A stretch of 64,000 nt of DNA from NCBI GenBank assembly GCA_017559445.1, contig JAFYSJ010000003.1:1913-65912 (forward strand), read 5' to 3'. The notes beneath the pieces are model-generated. The model was not told the origin of the DNA. It ran no database searches and saw only the letters and a program-made list of their open reading frames with translations. The position numbers and the translations under genes were made by a program. Of this stretch, positions 27,560 through 37,636 are shown piece after piece. The DNA is from Clostridia bacterium. GTDB taxonomy: Bacteria; Bacillota; Clostridia; RGIG7378. Position 1 is the first letter of the stretch, and each line of letters starts with the position of its first letter.

Positions 27560-28834
27560 ATGAGTTACAACAGAGAAATAAATGTTGAATATGATAGCTT
27601 AGTTTATTTCGATAGTTCTAAGCCGAGACGTACTCTTAAGAGAAAAACATATGGTTTTAGCAGTTTGGTCATTACAGCTGTTGCGGCAGTCCTTGTATCC
27701 ATTATGATAATGAGCATCTGCCTGGTGGCCTTTTTGCCAATGATATTGGACAATTTGGGATATGCCAAAAAGGAGGATATCAAGGGACAGCAAGTAACAA
27801 TTGTGCCAGGGCAGGAATATTCAGATGTTGAGGCAGTTGCAGTTAAGGCTTGCCCGTCTATTGTTGGAGTTGTGGTAACATATTTGGCTACGGGTGATTC
27901 TCTTTTTGGGTCCTATGAGTCTCAGAGCCAAGGTTCAGGCATTGTTTTAGATGATCAGGGACATATTTTGACTAATCATCACGTTGTCTCCAAGGCTATC
28001 TCTTCTGGAGGAACACAGATTGCTGCAGGTTGCTCTATTAAGGTAATCCTACCAAATAACACAGAGGTTTATTACGACGCAACTGTTGTGGGATACGATT
28101 CCAAGACAGATTTGGCAGTTATTAAGGTTAGTGCGCCAGGACTTGTGCCTGCCTCCATAGGAGATTCATCTTCGCTTAAGGTTGGACAGAAGGTAGTTGC
28201 CATCGGTAACCCCATGGGAATCGACTTTATGGGATCAGTTACAGTAGGTTATATTAGCGGCCTTGATAGAAGTGGCACTGGCATGAACGAATTTAGCTTG
28301 ATTCAGACAGATGCAGCTATTAATAGTGGAAATAGCGGTGGCGCCTTGGTAGATATGTCTGGTAACGTCATTGGTATTAACTCCCTTAAGGCAGCTAACT
28401 CCAATTATGAGGGAATGGGATTTGCAATTCCAATTAATGAGGCCATGGGAGTTGTGGAGGAGTTGATCGAGTACAATCATCGCAAGGGTCAGCCATATCT
28501 AGGAATTCAGATGAGCACAACATATACAGAAGCCATGGCTAGTCAGTACGGTTTGCCTGCAGGAACCCTGGTTTCGGAGGCAATTTTAGGTGGCCCTGCT
28601 CAGACGGCCGGAATTCAAAAGTATGACATTATCACTGGTATCACAATTACTCAGGAAGGCATACAGAAAACCTGGGATGTTAAGTTTTACACAGATTTGA
28701 CTGGTGTTTTGGCATTGTGCGAGCCAGGAGATACAGTAACACTTAATGTATATAGAGATCCGGATTTGAATGGCAAGGATTACACAACACTTCAAGTTCA
28801 GGTAGTTCTCGGAGAAATGGATTTTTCAAATTAA
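27560..28834 (+). CDS. htrA: HtrA/DegP serine protease with PDZ domain
   Basis: TNHHV, DLAVIK, IQTDAAINSGNSGGAL, C-terminal PDZ. Confidence 0.94.
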   Translation: MSYNREINVEYDSLVYFDSSKPRRTLKRKTYGFSSLVITAVAAVLVSIMIMSICLVAFLPMILDNLGYAKKEDIKGQQVTIVPGQEYSDVEAVAVKACPSIVGVVVTYLATGDSLFGSYESQSQGSGIVLDDQGHILTNHHVVSKAISSGGTQIAAGCSIKVILPNNTEVYYDATVVGYDSKTDLAVIKVSAPGLVPASIGDSSSLKVGQKVVAIGNPMGIDFMGSVTVGYISGLDRSGTGMNEFSLIQTDAAINSGNSGGALVDMSGNVIGINSLKAANSNYEGMGFAIPINEAMGVVEELIEYNHRKGQPYLGIQMSTTYTEAMASQYGLPAGTLVSEAILGGPAQTAGIQKYDIITGITITQEGIQKTWDVKFYTDLTGVLALCEPGDTVTLNVYRDPDLNGKDYTTLQVQVVLGEMDFSN

Positions 28835-28842
28835 GATTTAGG

Positions 28843-28868
28843 AGGGAGTCGTAGATGCGGCTCCCTTT
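28843..28868 (+). terminator. Intrinsic terminator after htrA
   Basis: AGGGAGTCG...CGGCTCCCT hairpin with a short T run. Confidence 0.55.
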
Positions 28869-28922
28869 AGTCATTTATATAAAGAAACTGCATATGCTTT
28901 TACAAAAAGATTTTGGGGACAT

Positions 28923-29807
28923 ATGAAAATAATAAGTACAAGAAGGGTTGGAAATATTCTTATTCCTGTAGTAGCAGGAGCTTTGCTAGTAGCCACATTT
29001 TGTTTGATAGAGGCAGTTGCAGGCAAAGAGGAGTCAAGGCTTAGCTTAGAGGATAACTGTTGCCTAACATATTTGGCGCAAAATGTCTCAGGTACAGATG
29101 ATTTGACAGTGTCGTCAAATGTAATAGGATGGGGTTTGACATGGAGAAAGGGTAGTACAGAGCCTGTGACCGACCCAGGATCAGCTGAGATTTTGGCAAA
29201 ATATGGAGCGGTTTACAGGGGAGATGAGACTTCGCCAGAAATATTTTTGACATTTGATCTTGGTTATGAGGCAGGATATACGCCACAAATTTTAGATATA
29301 TTAAAGGAGAAAAATGTTAAGGCGATTTTCTTTTTGCTAAAGAATTACGTGGATAGGAACCCGGAATTAGTCCAAAGGATGATAGATGAGGGACATATCA
29401 TAGGCAATCACAGCATGACTCATAAGAGCTTACCTACGGTGGATAGTGTAACATTAGACAATGAAGTAGATGGATTTAAGGAATTAATGGAAACAAGGTT
29501 TGGCTACACGACCAAATTTTTTAGACCGCCATGTGGGGAGTATAATGAATCTGTATTATCTGCACTGCAACAAAAAGGTTATACAACATTATTTTGGAGT
29601 TTTGCATATAAGGATTGGGATAAAAATCAGGCAAAAGGATCTGATTATGCTTATAAAAACATAACTTCTAAGTTTCATAACGGCATGGTTTTGTTGCTGC
29701 ATTCTACAACACCAGATAACGTAGGAGCCTTGAGTAAGGTTATCGATACAGCAAGGGAAGAGGGATATATTTTGGGTGCTCCCGACAAACTATACAATAA
29801 TAAGTAG
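28923..29807 (+). CDS. pdaA: Polysaccharide deacetylase, PdaA-like (spore cortex muramic delta-lactam synthesis)
   Basis: IFLTFDLGYEAGYT, GNHSMTH, FRPPCGEY, FWSFAYKDWD, LLH. Confidence 0.85.
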   Translation: MKIISTRRVGNILIPVVAGALLVATFCLIEAVAGKEESRLSLEDNCCLTYLAQNVSGTDDLTVSSNVIGWGLTWRKGSTEPVTDPGSAEILAKYGAVYRGDETSPEIFLTFDLGYEAGYTPQILDILKEKNVKAIFFLLKNYVDRNPELVQRMIDEGHIIGNHSMTHKSLPTVDSVTLDNEVDGFKELMETRFGYTTKFFRPPCGEYNESVLSALQQKGYTTLFWSFAYKDWDKNQAKGSDYAYKNITSKFHNGMVLLLHSTTPDNVGALSKVIDTAREEGYILGAPDKLYNNK

Positions 29808-29938
29808 TATAGGTATAAAAACTTGGAAAATGTCACTAAGAGGAGACAGGGAAGGGCTTTACAAAAAGACCCTTTTGCGTTATCTTAATAATGTATTTAA
29901 AGCGGCGATTAGCCGTAATTTTTAAGGAGGATAGTATC

Positions 29939-31369
29939 GTGAAGATTACAAAGAAGCTTATTGCTCTCTTGCTTGTCGCAGCTATGGCATTGTCTTTCGC
30001 AGCATGTGGCGGTGACAATACACAGGACGTTGCAACTTCCGGTGGTAACAACGTAGCAACACCTACACCTGATGTTGGTGGTTCTACTGCTAACAACCCA
30101 GAAGGCGTTGACATGCAGGGCAGAGTTATTAAGAGAATGTACTGGTGGGCAGAGTCTGAGCCAGACCCAAATTCCAGCCTTGCAGCTGAGGCACAGTACA
30201 ATTACAATCAGTCTGTTTATAAGGCATACAATTTCACAATTAAGTATGTTGAGGGTAACTACGACACATACGTTGCTGATATTGTAAAGAGCGTTAGCTC
30301 CACTCAGGATGGTAAGAACCTTAAGACAGATATCACAGACTTGGCACCAAAGTGGTTGTTCCCTGGTCTCATTTCTGCAGGTTACCTTTATGCTTGGGAT
30401 GATTCTCAGTATTTGAATGCAAATGATGAGAAGTGGAACGCTGAGGTTAGAGACGTATGTACATACAATGGTAAGGTATACGGCGGTTGGTTGATGCCTT
30501 TCTATGCTAGAGACGTTTTCTACTTCAACCAGACAATGTTCGAGATCGAAGGTCTTACTTCTCTTTACACATTGATGGAGAACAAGCAGTGGAACTGGGA
30601 TAAGTTCGAAGAGTACTGCAAGAAGTTGACACAGGACACAAACGGTGACTCCGTAACAGATATTTATGCTTTCGGTGGTTCCGCTATTGAGTCTCACTTC
30701 ATCTTCAACAACGGTGGTAAGACACTTGAGTACGATGAGAACGGCAGACCTGTATACTGCATGGACGATGCTAAGACAATCGAGGCACTTCAGTTCTTCA
30801 CAGACATGCAGAACGCTGGCTACTATGCATCCGCATCTCCAGATGGTAACACAGCTTGGGACTGGTATGTAACAGACTTCGCAAACGGTAAGATCGCAAT
30901 GCTTTCTTTCGGTTTCTATCAGTCTAAGACATTCACAGGTAACGAGACAACTCCTGGTACAATGGCAGATAAGCACGGTATCGCAGCAGTTCCTTTGGGA
31001 AATAGCAACCTTGACGGCGAGTACAAGTGGGCAGTACCAGACTTCAACGTAACAGCAATTCTTGCTGCTTCTTACAACGTTGATGAAGTTGCTCTTGCAT
31101 TCGACAGATTGTCCACAACAGATATTTCCAAGGAGTACTGGGAAGATCAGTACGAGTCTGAAGTTAAGGACAAGGAGACTCTTGCTTGGGTAAAGAAGAT
31201 CTTCTGGGAAGATGTTAACGAGATCGACTACTTGCTCATCTACACAGTTACAAATGATGGCTGGTATGATTACAGCAGCAGATTCTTGACAGAGGGTGTT
31301 CAGTCCGTTATCGAAGAGGTAAAGGAAGCACAGCAGGCACTTCTTGACGATTTGTTCAGCAACAACTAA
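29939..31369 (+). CDS. Extracellular solute-binding lipoprotein (family 1, carbohydrate type)
   Basis: Lipobox SFAAC, FYFNQTMF, WNWDKF..YCKKLTQDTNGD, FANGKIAM; GTG start after AAGGAGG; strong codon bias. Confidence 0.85.
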   Translation: MKITKKLIALLLVAAMALSFAACGGDNTQDVATSGGNNVATPTPDVGGSTANNPEGVDMQGRVIKRMYWWAESEPDPNSSLAAEAQYNYNQSVYKAYNFTIKYVEGNYDTYVADIVKSVSSTQDGKNLKTDITDLAPKWLFPGLISAGYLYAWDDSQYLNANDEKWNAEVRDVCTYNGKVYGGWLMPFYARDVFYFNQTMFEIEGLTSLYTLMENKQWNWDKFEEYCKKLTQDTNGDSVTDIYAFGGSAIESHFIFNNGGKTLEYDENGRPVYCMDDAKTIEALQFFTDMQNAGYYASASPDGNTAWDWYVTDFANGKIAMLSFGFYQSKTFTGNETTPGTMADKHGIAAVPLGNSNLDGEYKWAVPDFNVTAILAASYNVDEVALAFDRLSTTDISKEYWEDQYESEVKDKETLAWVKKIFWEDVNEIDYLLIYTVTNDGWYDYSSRFLTEGVQSVIEEVKEAQQALLDDLFSNN

Positions 31370-31382
31370 TAGTTAATCTATT

Positions 31383-31420
31383 AATAAAGAGCTAACCGAA
31401 TGGTTAGCTCTTTTATTTTT
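31383..31420 (+). terminator. Intrinsic terminator
   Basis: AAAGAGCTAACC-gaat-GGTTAGCTCTTT followed by TATTTTT. Confidence 0.85.
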
Positions 31421-31545
31421 GTAAAAAACTACAAAAATAAGGGCTTAAATCACCAAAAAATACTATATTTCTACTATTTTTTAGATGACATATTTTATTT
31501 ATTGGAGTAAAATAAGGTATACGATTATGTATAGGAGGATCAATC

Positions 31546-32817
31546 ATGCGCAAATCAATGATTAGCATCTTGCTTGCAGGCGGTCAGGGTTCACGTCTGG
31601 GCGTTTTGACTAAGCACGTAGCTAAGCCTGCTGTTTCTTATGGCGGCAAGTATAGAATTATCGATTTCCCACTTAGTAACTGCATCAACTCTGGTGTTGA
31701 CACTGTAGGTGTATGTACACAGTATCAGCCCCTTAAGCTTAACCACCACATTGGTATTGGTAAGCCTTGGGATTTGGATAGAATTAATGGAGGCGTTACA
31801 GTATTGTCTCCTTACCTTAGAGCTGAAGTAGGTCAGTGGTATCTTGGTACAGCAAACGCTGTATGCCAGAACATTAACTACATCGACAGCTATGATCCAG
31901 ACTATGTTCTTATTTTGTCTGGTGACCATATTTACAAGATAGATTACTCCAAGATGCTTGATTTCCACATTAAGCAGGGAGCAGATGCTACTATCTCCGT
32001 TATTAACGTAACAATGGAGGAGGCTACTAGATACGGTATCATGAATACAGAGCCAGATGGACGTATTTATGAGTTCGAGGAGAAGCCTGCACATCCTAAG
32101 TCCACATTAGCTTCCATGGGTATTTATATCTTCTCTTGGAAGACTCTTAAGGATTACTTGCTTAAGGACGATGCTATTCCTACATCTGACCATGACTTTG
32201 GTAAGAATATTATTCCTAACATGCTTAACGATGGTAAGAGCATGTGGGCATATGAATTTGAGGGTTACTGGAAGGACGTTGGTACTATCGAAGCATTCTG
32301 GGAGTCCAACATGGACCTCATTAAGAAGAATCCTGAGTTTGACCTCTTTGATCCTCAGTGGAAGATTTACACTCCTAACCCAGTTGAGCCAGCTCACTGG
32401 ATTGCTCCTACAGGTGTAGTTAAGACATCTGTTGTTGCTGAGGGTTGTGTAGTTAAGGGTACAGTTCGCAACTCTATTATCTTCCCCGGCGTAGTTGTTG
32501 AGGAAGGCGCAGAGGTTGTTGATTCTATCATCATGTCCGGCACAGTTATCGGCAAGAATAGCCGCGTTCTTAAGTGTATTACTGGTGAGAATGTAACTCT
32601 TGAGGATAACGTAGTAATGGGCGAGGGCGATAATGTTATTAACACAGATAAGCCTAAGATTTACTTCGCTGGCATTACTGTTGTTGGTGATAACGCCACA
32701 ATTCCTGCAGGCGCTAAGCTTGGTAAGAACGTTATGGTAGACGAGGACGTTGAGGCTTCTGACTTTGATAGCCTTGAGGTTGCCTCCGGCGCAAGCGTTT
32801 ACAGAAAGGAGAAGTAG
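31546..32817 (+). CDS. glgC: Glucose-1-phosphate adenylyltransferase
   Basis: [41 protein letters not shown]. Confidence 0.97.
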   Translation: MRKSMISILLAGGQGSRLGVLTKHVAKPAVSYGGKYRIIDFPLSNCINSGVDTVGVCTQYQPLKLNHHIGIGKPWDLDRINGGVTVLSPYLRAEVGQWYLGTANAVCQNINYIDSYDPDYVLILSGDHIYKIDYSKMLDFHIKQGADATISVINVTMEEATRYGIMNTEPDGRIYEFEEKPAHPKSTLASMGIYIFSWKTLKDYLLKDDAIPTSDHDFGKNIIPNMLNDGKSMWAYEFEGYWKDVGTIEAFWESNMDLIKKNPEFDLFDPQWKIYTPNPVEPAHWIAPTGVVKTSVVAEGCVVKGTVRNSIIFPGVVVEEGAEVVDSIIMSGTVIGKNSRVLKCITGENVTLEDNVVMGEGDNVINTDKPKIYFAGITVVGDNATIPAGAKLGKNVMVDEDVEASDFDSLEVASGASVYRKEK

Positions 32818-32818
32818 G

Positions 32819-33949
32819 ATGAACAAATCTATTGTAGGCGTTATTATGGCGTCAGACATCGGCAATACTTTTAGAGAATTGACAGACATCCGTTCAGTAT
32901 CTGCTATTCCAGTATGCGGTAAGTACAGAGCAATTGACTTCACAGTATCTAACATGGCAAATGCTAACGTTAATACCGTTGGTATTTTGATTCAGCACCA
33001 GTTCCGTTCTATCATGGACCACATGGGTGCAGGTAGTGACTGGGATTTGGATAGACGTAATGGCGGTTTGTTCTTGTTCCCACCTGTATTTACAGATATG
33101 TACCACCGTGGTTTGTACAAGGGTACAGGCGAAGCTCTTTACAGCAACATCGACTTCTTCAAGGATTGTAAGCATGACTGGGTTATGATTGCTAAGGGCG
33201 GCACAATTTACAACCAGGATTACAACGACATCTTTGATTTCCACACAGATTGTGATGCAGATATTACTATCGGTTACAGATGCATGGATGACATTTCCGA
33301 GGAGGATTTGGCAACTCATACATTGATCGAGGTAGATGAGGATAACAACCTCGTTAACTTGGAGGATAGACCAGCTCGTCCAAGAGGCAACAAGGCATTG
33401 ACAGGTACAGTATTTATGCGCAAGTCCTTGCTTATTGCTCTCCTTGAGGAGAATGCTTCCAAGAACTTCACAGACTTCAACAAGGATATCTTGCTCCGCA
33501 ACATCGGTCGTCTTAAGATTAAGTGCCATGAGTTCAAGGGCTATTGGAGATCTCTCAATAACTTGAGCTGCTACTACAACATTAACATGGATATGCTTAA
33601 CCCAGACATTTATGAGGACTTGTTCCGCAAGGAAAACAAGATTATGACTAAGGTTAAGGACGAGACTCCTGCTAAGTACACAGAGAACGCAGAGGTTAAG
33701 AACTCTATCGTTGCTGATGGTTGTATCATCGACGGTAAGGTTGAGAACAGTATCTTGTTCCGTGGCGTTGTAGTTAAGAAGGGTACAGTTATTAAGAACT
33801 CCGTTATCATGCAGGGTACAGAGATTGGTGAGAACTGTTATATCGACTACTCTGTATTTGATAAGAGCATCATCATGGGCAATGACAAGCAGGTTCAGGG
33901 ACTTCCTGGCAGACCTTACGTTGTACCTAAGGAGACAATCATTAGATAA
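32819..33949 (+). CDS. glgD: Glucose-1-phosphate adenylyltransferase subunit GlgD
   Basis: GlgC paralogue lacking the GGQG motif; GKYRAIDF, KDETPAKY. Confidence 0.93.
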   Translation: MNKSIVGVIMASDIGNTFRELTDIRSVSAIPVCGKYRAIDFTVSNMANANVNTVGILIQHQFRSIMDHMGAGSDWDLDRRNGGLFLFPPVFTDMYHRGLYKGTGEALYSNIDFFKDCKHDWVMIAKGGTIYNQDYNDIFDFHTDCDADITIGYRCMDDISEEDLATHTLIEVDEDNNLVNLEDRPARPRGNKALTGTVFMRKSLLIALLEENASKNFTDFNKDILLRNIGRLKIKCHEFKGYWRSLNNLSCYYNINMDMLNPDIYEDLFRKENKIMTKVKDETPAKYTENAEVKNSIVADGCIIDGKVENSILFRGVVVKKGTVIKNSVIMQGTEIGENCYIDYSVFDKSIIMGNDKQVQGLPGRPYVVPKETIIR

Positions 33950-33972
33950 TTTAATAGCACTAGCTAGTTTAG

Positions 33973-34001
33973 AGCACGGCACTTCGGTGTCGTGCTTTTT
34001 T
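33973..34001 (+). terminator. Intrinsic terminator
   Basis: AGCACGGCAC-ttcg-GTGTCGTGCT with UUCG loop and T run. Confidence 0.88.
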
Positions 34002-34151
34002 GTGTTTGTGAAATAGGGTGTGTGGCGGATTTTGTTTGTTTTAGTTGTTTTGCGTGGGGATTTTAGCGAAATAAGGGGAAATATATCGAAAGATCAAAAA
34101 TAACCTTCCATTCACTATCTTAGATAATAGTCTTACAATTTTCTTAGGGAG

Positions 34152-35087
34152 GTGGCTATGGGAATTTCGTTAGTAACACTTTGTTTAGATGAAATGCTAT
34201 CTTGCAAGATTTTGGATTATATTCAGAGACATTGGCAGGGAGAACCTGTGTTTAGATATATATCTGGAACGGAAGCGGAGATATTAGAACATGTATGTGT
34301 ATCTTGTGCTCCAGGGGATAAGGTTGTGGTATTGGCAGAGGAGACATTGATTCCTGATGTAAAAGATTTTTTGGAAACTGTAAATAGCAGATACAACCTT
34401 GGGGAGAATAGCGTATTTATTGGAGCCCTTTGTATAGGAGAAGTCTGTAAATATGGTGCCAAACTCTATGGATCACCTGAAAGCATATTATCATTGGCAT
34501 ATTCATTAGTAAGCCTTAGCCAAAGCAAAAATGGAGTAGTCTCAATTATATATCCTGCAGGTAGAGCAGCTAGACTCCTTAGGGATGTGGATTTGTGCGA
34601 TATGACAGAGTCATTAGGGCGACAGGTAACTATCTTGTGCACAGATGAATATGGAATTAGTCAGGAGAAATATGGTAATTTTCTAAAACTTCTTTGTAAT
34701 GGAGTTTTGGGAAATGTGGGGCAATTGAGCAAATATACAGAGGACCATTTGGGGCTTAGAGTACTGGATGCTAAGGATTGTGCTCCTGAAATATATGAGT
34801 TAACTAGAAGTGAGACTAAGGACTTGGTTAATTGTTTAACTAAAGAAATAGATGGTGTACTCTTAGCCGTTTTGGGCAGTGGAGCCACGTCCCTTAATTT
34901 GGAGATAATGAGGCGAAGCAGAATTATTTTGTGCATAGGAGAAAAGAGGGATATTAAGCCCATAGTTACAAGATACTTTGGGGAAGAATCAGGAGAAGTT
35001 TTGTCTAAGGTGGTAGAAATTACCGTAGAGGAGTATGCGAGCATCCACTCTTTGGGAGATTGGAGTCAATTGTGGCACAGAATTTAG
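34152..35087 (+). CDS. Hypothetical protein, possibly degenerate CpaE/TadZ-like
   Basis: First gene of the Tad cluster; no intact Walker A seen; call rests on position. Confidence 0.45.
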   Translation: MAMGISLVTLCLDEMLSCKILDYIQRHWQGEPVFRYISGTEAEILEHVCVSCAPGDKVVVLAEETLIPDVKDFLETVNSRYNLGENSVFIGALCIGEVCKYGAKLYGSPESILSLAYSLVSLSQSKNGVVSIIYPAGRAARLLRDVDLCDMTESLGRQVTILCTDEYGISQEKYGNFLKLLCNGVLGNVGQLSKYTEDHLGLRVLDAKDCAPEIYELTRSETKDLVNCLTKEIDGVLLAVLGSGATSLNLEIMRRSRIILCIGEKRDIKPIVTRYFGEESGEVLSKVVEITVEEYASIHSLGDWSQLWHRI

Positions 35088-36184
35088 AGCAATTAAGTGA
35101 AGAAATTCGCAGCCAGATTTTATCTAGAGAAGATCATTTTGTGGAAGACAGTCAACAAATGGAGGACAAGGTTTTAGCTGAGGTCCTTAGGAGTACATCA
35201 GGAGGGTACTTACCATTAGTGACTAGACTTAAATTAGTAAGGCAGATAACAGCATCCCTAGTGGGACTAGATGTGTTAGAGCCCCTTATGCAAGATCCTA
35301 GTGTGGATGAAATAATGGTCATGGGACATAGCAAAATCTATACAGAGAGGCATGGACGACTGGTAAAGGAAAACATATCTTTCTATGACAACGACAGACT
35401 CATGAATGTAATTCGAAAAGTGGCTATAGGCATGGATAGGCAAGTGAATCAGTCTTGTCCCATAGCAGATTTAAGATTACCAGATGGATCGAGAGTTAAT
35501 GTTGTGTTGCCTCCAATTAGCATGAATGGACCTGTGGTTACTATTCGTAAGTTTAGCCCAAGTCCTTTTACATTAGAGAGGCTAGTGGACTTAGGCAGTA
35601 TTACAAAGGAGCAAGCTATTTTACTTAAAGAGTTAGTAGAAGGGCGCAAGAACATCTTTGTAAGCGGAGGCACAGGCACAGGTAAAACAAGTTTGCTTAA
35701 CGCCCTATCTAGACAAATTCCAGGAGACCAGAGGGTTGTGACCATAGAGGACTCTGCAGAGCTAATGTTCTCAAATGTAGACAATCTAGTCAGGTTAGAA
35801 TGTAGAACTGCCAATGTGGAAGGTCAGGGGGAGATTTCCATGGATCAGCTAATTAGGACAGCTTTGAGACTTAGACCGGACAGGATAATCGTGGGCGAGG
35901 TAAGAGGCCCTGAGGTTGTAAGTATGTTGCAAGCTATGAATACAGGTCATCTTGGATCTATGTCTACAGGACATGGTAACTCGCCACAGGATATGCTTAG
36001 GAGACTTGAGACAATGTTTTTAATGGGTATGGATATCCCAATTTCTGCTGTTCGTAGACAAATAGGTAGTGCAATCGACTACATAGTACACCTAGAGAGG
36101 ACCAAGGATTACGGACGAAGGGTTTCGGAGATTTGTCGAGTAATAGAAGATGGAGAAGATAACAAGGTTATTAGAATTTGTTAA
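35060..36184 (+). CDS. cpaF: Tad secretion ATPase CpaF/TadA
   Basis: ADLRLPDGSRVN, SGGTGTGKTS, TIEDSAEL, LRLRPDRIIVGEVRG, MNTGHLGSMSTGH. Confidence 0.94.
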   Translation: MESIVAQNLEQLSEEIRSQILSREDHFVEDSQQMEDKVLAEVLRSTSGGYLPLVTRLKLVRQITASLVGLDVLEPLMQDPSVDEIMVMGHSKIYTERHGRLVKENISFYDNDRLMNVIRKVAIGMDRQVNQSCPIADLRLPDGSRVNVVLPPISMNGPVVTIRKFSPSPFTLERLVDLGSITKEQAILLKELVEGRKNIFVSGGTGTGKTSLLNALSRQIPGDQRVVTIEDSAELMFSNVDNLVRLECRTANVEGQGEISMDQLIRTALRLRPDRIIVGEVRGPEVVSMLQAMNTGHLGSMSTGHGNSPQDMLRRLETMFLMGMDIPISAVRRQIGSAIDYIVHLERTKDYGRRVSEICRVIEDGEDNKVIRIC

Positions 36185-36887
36185 GGTTAGGGCATCTAGA
36201 GAGACTATATATATGAGTATATATGGAGCGATTGTCGGTTGGTGTCTTTATAGACAATGGGTAATGACACTGATATGCACTGGAATTTTGTTCTTCTTAT
36301 CTATTTGGATGCCAGACAGAACAAGGGGGCATAGGCAAGAGCTTAGGCAAACAGCTGATATATTAGAAGCAATGGCAAGCAGTATATCCTCTGGAAGCAG
36401 TTTGCCTAGGGCTATTGGTACAGCATGTAGTCAGGTGGAGAAAATGTATGAGTCCATGGGAGAAAAAGAAGCTAGAATCGCTAAAATGCTGCGATTAGGT
36501 AAAATGCTTGGAGATACAAGTGGTAATGGTGCTTTTGAGAACCTGGGCAAGGAACTTAAATCTTCTGAAATACAAGCCTTCGCCAAGGCTCTTGGAATTT
36601 TAGAAATAAAGGGAGGAAATGTATCCAAGCTATGTTTAGATACATGTGATGGACTTCGTAAGAAATGCGATTTGTTAGATGAGGTTGAGACATTAAGGAC
36701 AGATATGGATTTGTCTCGTAGGATTTTATTCCTAACAGTTCCAGCAGTTGTGGTAATGTTACATATTCTCGCGCCTGAGTTTATGGCACCCTTGTATGTG
36801 GGGATGGGAAGGCTGTTGTCTGCAGGGGTATTTGTAGTAATAGTGGCAAGTTGGATATTAAGCAGGAAGATATGCAAAATAGAGTAG
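36150..36887 (+). CDS. TadB-like (T2SS F domain) membrane protein
   Basis: TMs, SSGSSLPRAI, KGGNVSKL; follows cpaF. Confidence 0.7.
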   Translation: MEKITRLLEFVKVRASRETIYMSIYGAIVGWCLYRQWVMTLICTGILFFLSIWMPDRTRGHRQELRQTADILEAMASSISSGSSLPRAIGTACSQVEKMYESMGEKEARIAKMLRLGKMLGDTSGNGAFENLGKELKSSEIQAFAKALGILEIKGGNVSKLCLDTCDGLRKKCDLLDEVETLRTDMDLSRRILFLTVPAVVVMLHILAPEFMAPLYVGMGRLLSAGVFVVIVASWILSRKICKIE

Positions 36888-37636
36888 ACAAGTTTATTGC
36901 TAGAATTTCAGGGCCAGGAGTTAGACTACTTAAGATGCTTGGTTACAAGGAGTATGGCGTAGTAGATACATATATTAGATCATATATGTGCTTAAGGGCA
37001 GGGTATGAGGATCCTAGGCCAAGAGAGTTTGCAGGAAGTTGGTTAATGGTGTCGTTAATTGGAGGAGCCTTAGGACTTGTGTTAGCTGGCTTTGGTATGG
37101 TGGCGGAGGCTGTATATGTAGTTTTGTTTATTAATGTGCTACCTTTTGTGATTTTAAGGGGATATAGGGCCAAAGTTATATCGATTAGAGAACAAATAGC
37201 TAGGGATATGCCACAGATGCTAAATACACTGGTTATTTTATTAAATACAGGATTGTCTCTGTCATCAGCCTTAAAGGGTGTGGTGAAATTTCAGGATGAG
37301 TCTAATATCCTAATTAAGTATCTAAATGACACACTGTCTTCCGTAGATAAGGGAATGCCTTTAACAATGGCCTGGAATGAATTTGCCAATAGGTGTTCTA
37401 CAGTGGAGTGTTCTAATCTTGCCACTCTGGTTATTAGAGAAAATACATTAGGGGTTAAGGGGATAGCCGATAGTTTAAATGCTATATGTATATCATCGGA
37501 ACAAGCTAGGAGGAGGCAAATTCTTAAGGCAGGAGAAGTAGCTAAGACTTGGTTGTTGCTGCCACAGACTATGATATTTGCCAGTGTTTTGTTACTTATT
37601 GGTTATCCGGCCTTTGTAACTTTAGGGGGTATTTAA
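36851..37636 (+). CDS. TadC-like (T2SS F domain) membrane protein
   Basis: LVILLNTGLSL, AWNEFANRC, AKTWLLLPQ. Confidence 0.75.
   Translation: MDIKQEDMQNRVDKFIARISGPGVRLLKMLGYKEYGVVDTYIRSYMCLRAGYEDPRPREFAGSWLMVSLIGGALGLVLAGFGMVAEAVYVVLFINVLPFVILRGYRAKVISIREQIARDMPQMLNTLVILLNTGLSLSSALKGVVKFQDESNILIKYLNDTLSSVDKGMPLTMAWNEFANRCSTVECSNLATLVIRENTLGVKGIADSLNAICISSEQARRRQILKAGEVAKTWLLLPQTMIFASVLLLIGYPAFVTLGGI

Noticed and set aside
28870-28898. sigmaE-like promoter GTCATTT...CATATGCT before pdaA
   Set aside because: Spacing is one base short of the spoIID-type consensus and the match is weak; plausible but not supportable by eye.
31546-33949. glgCD without glgA/glgB/glgP
   Set aside because: Dispersed glycogen genes are common in Clostridia; not unusual.
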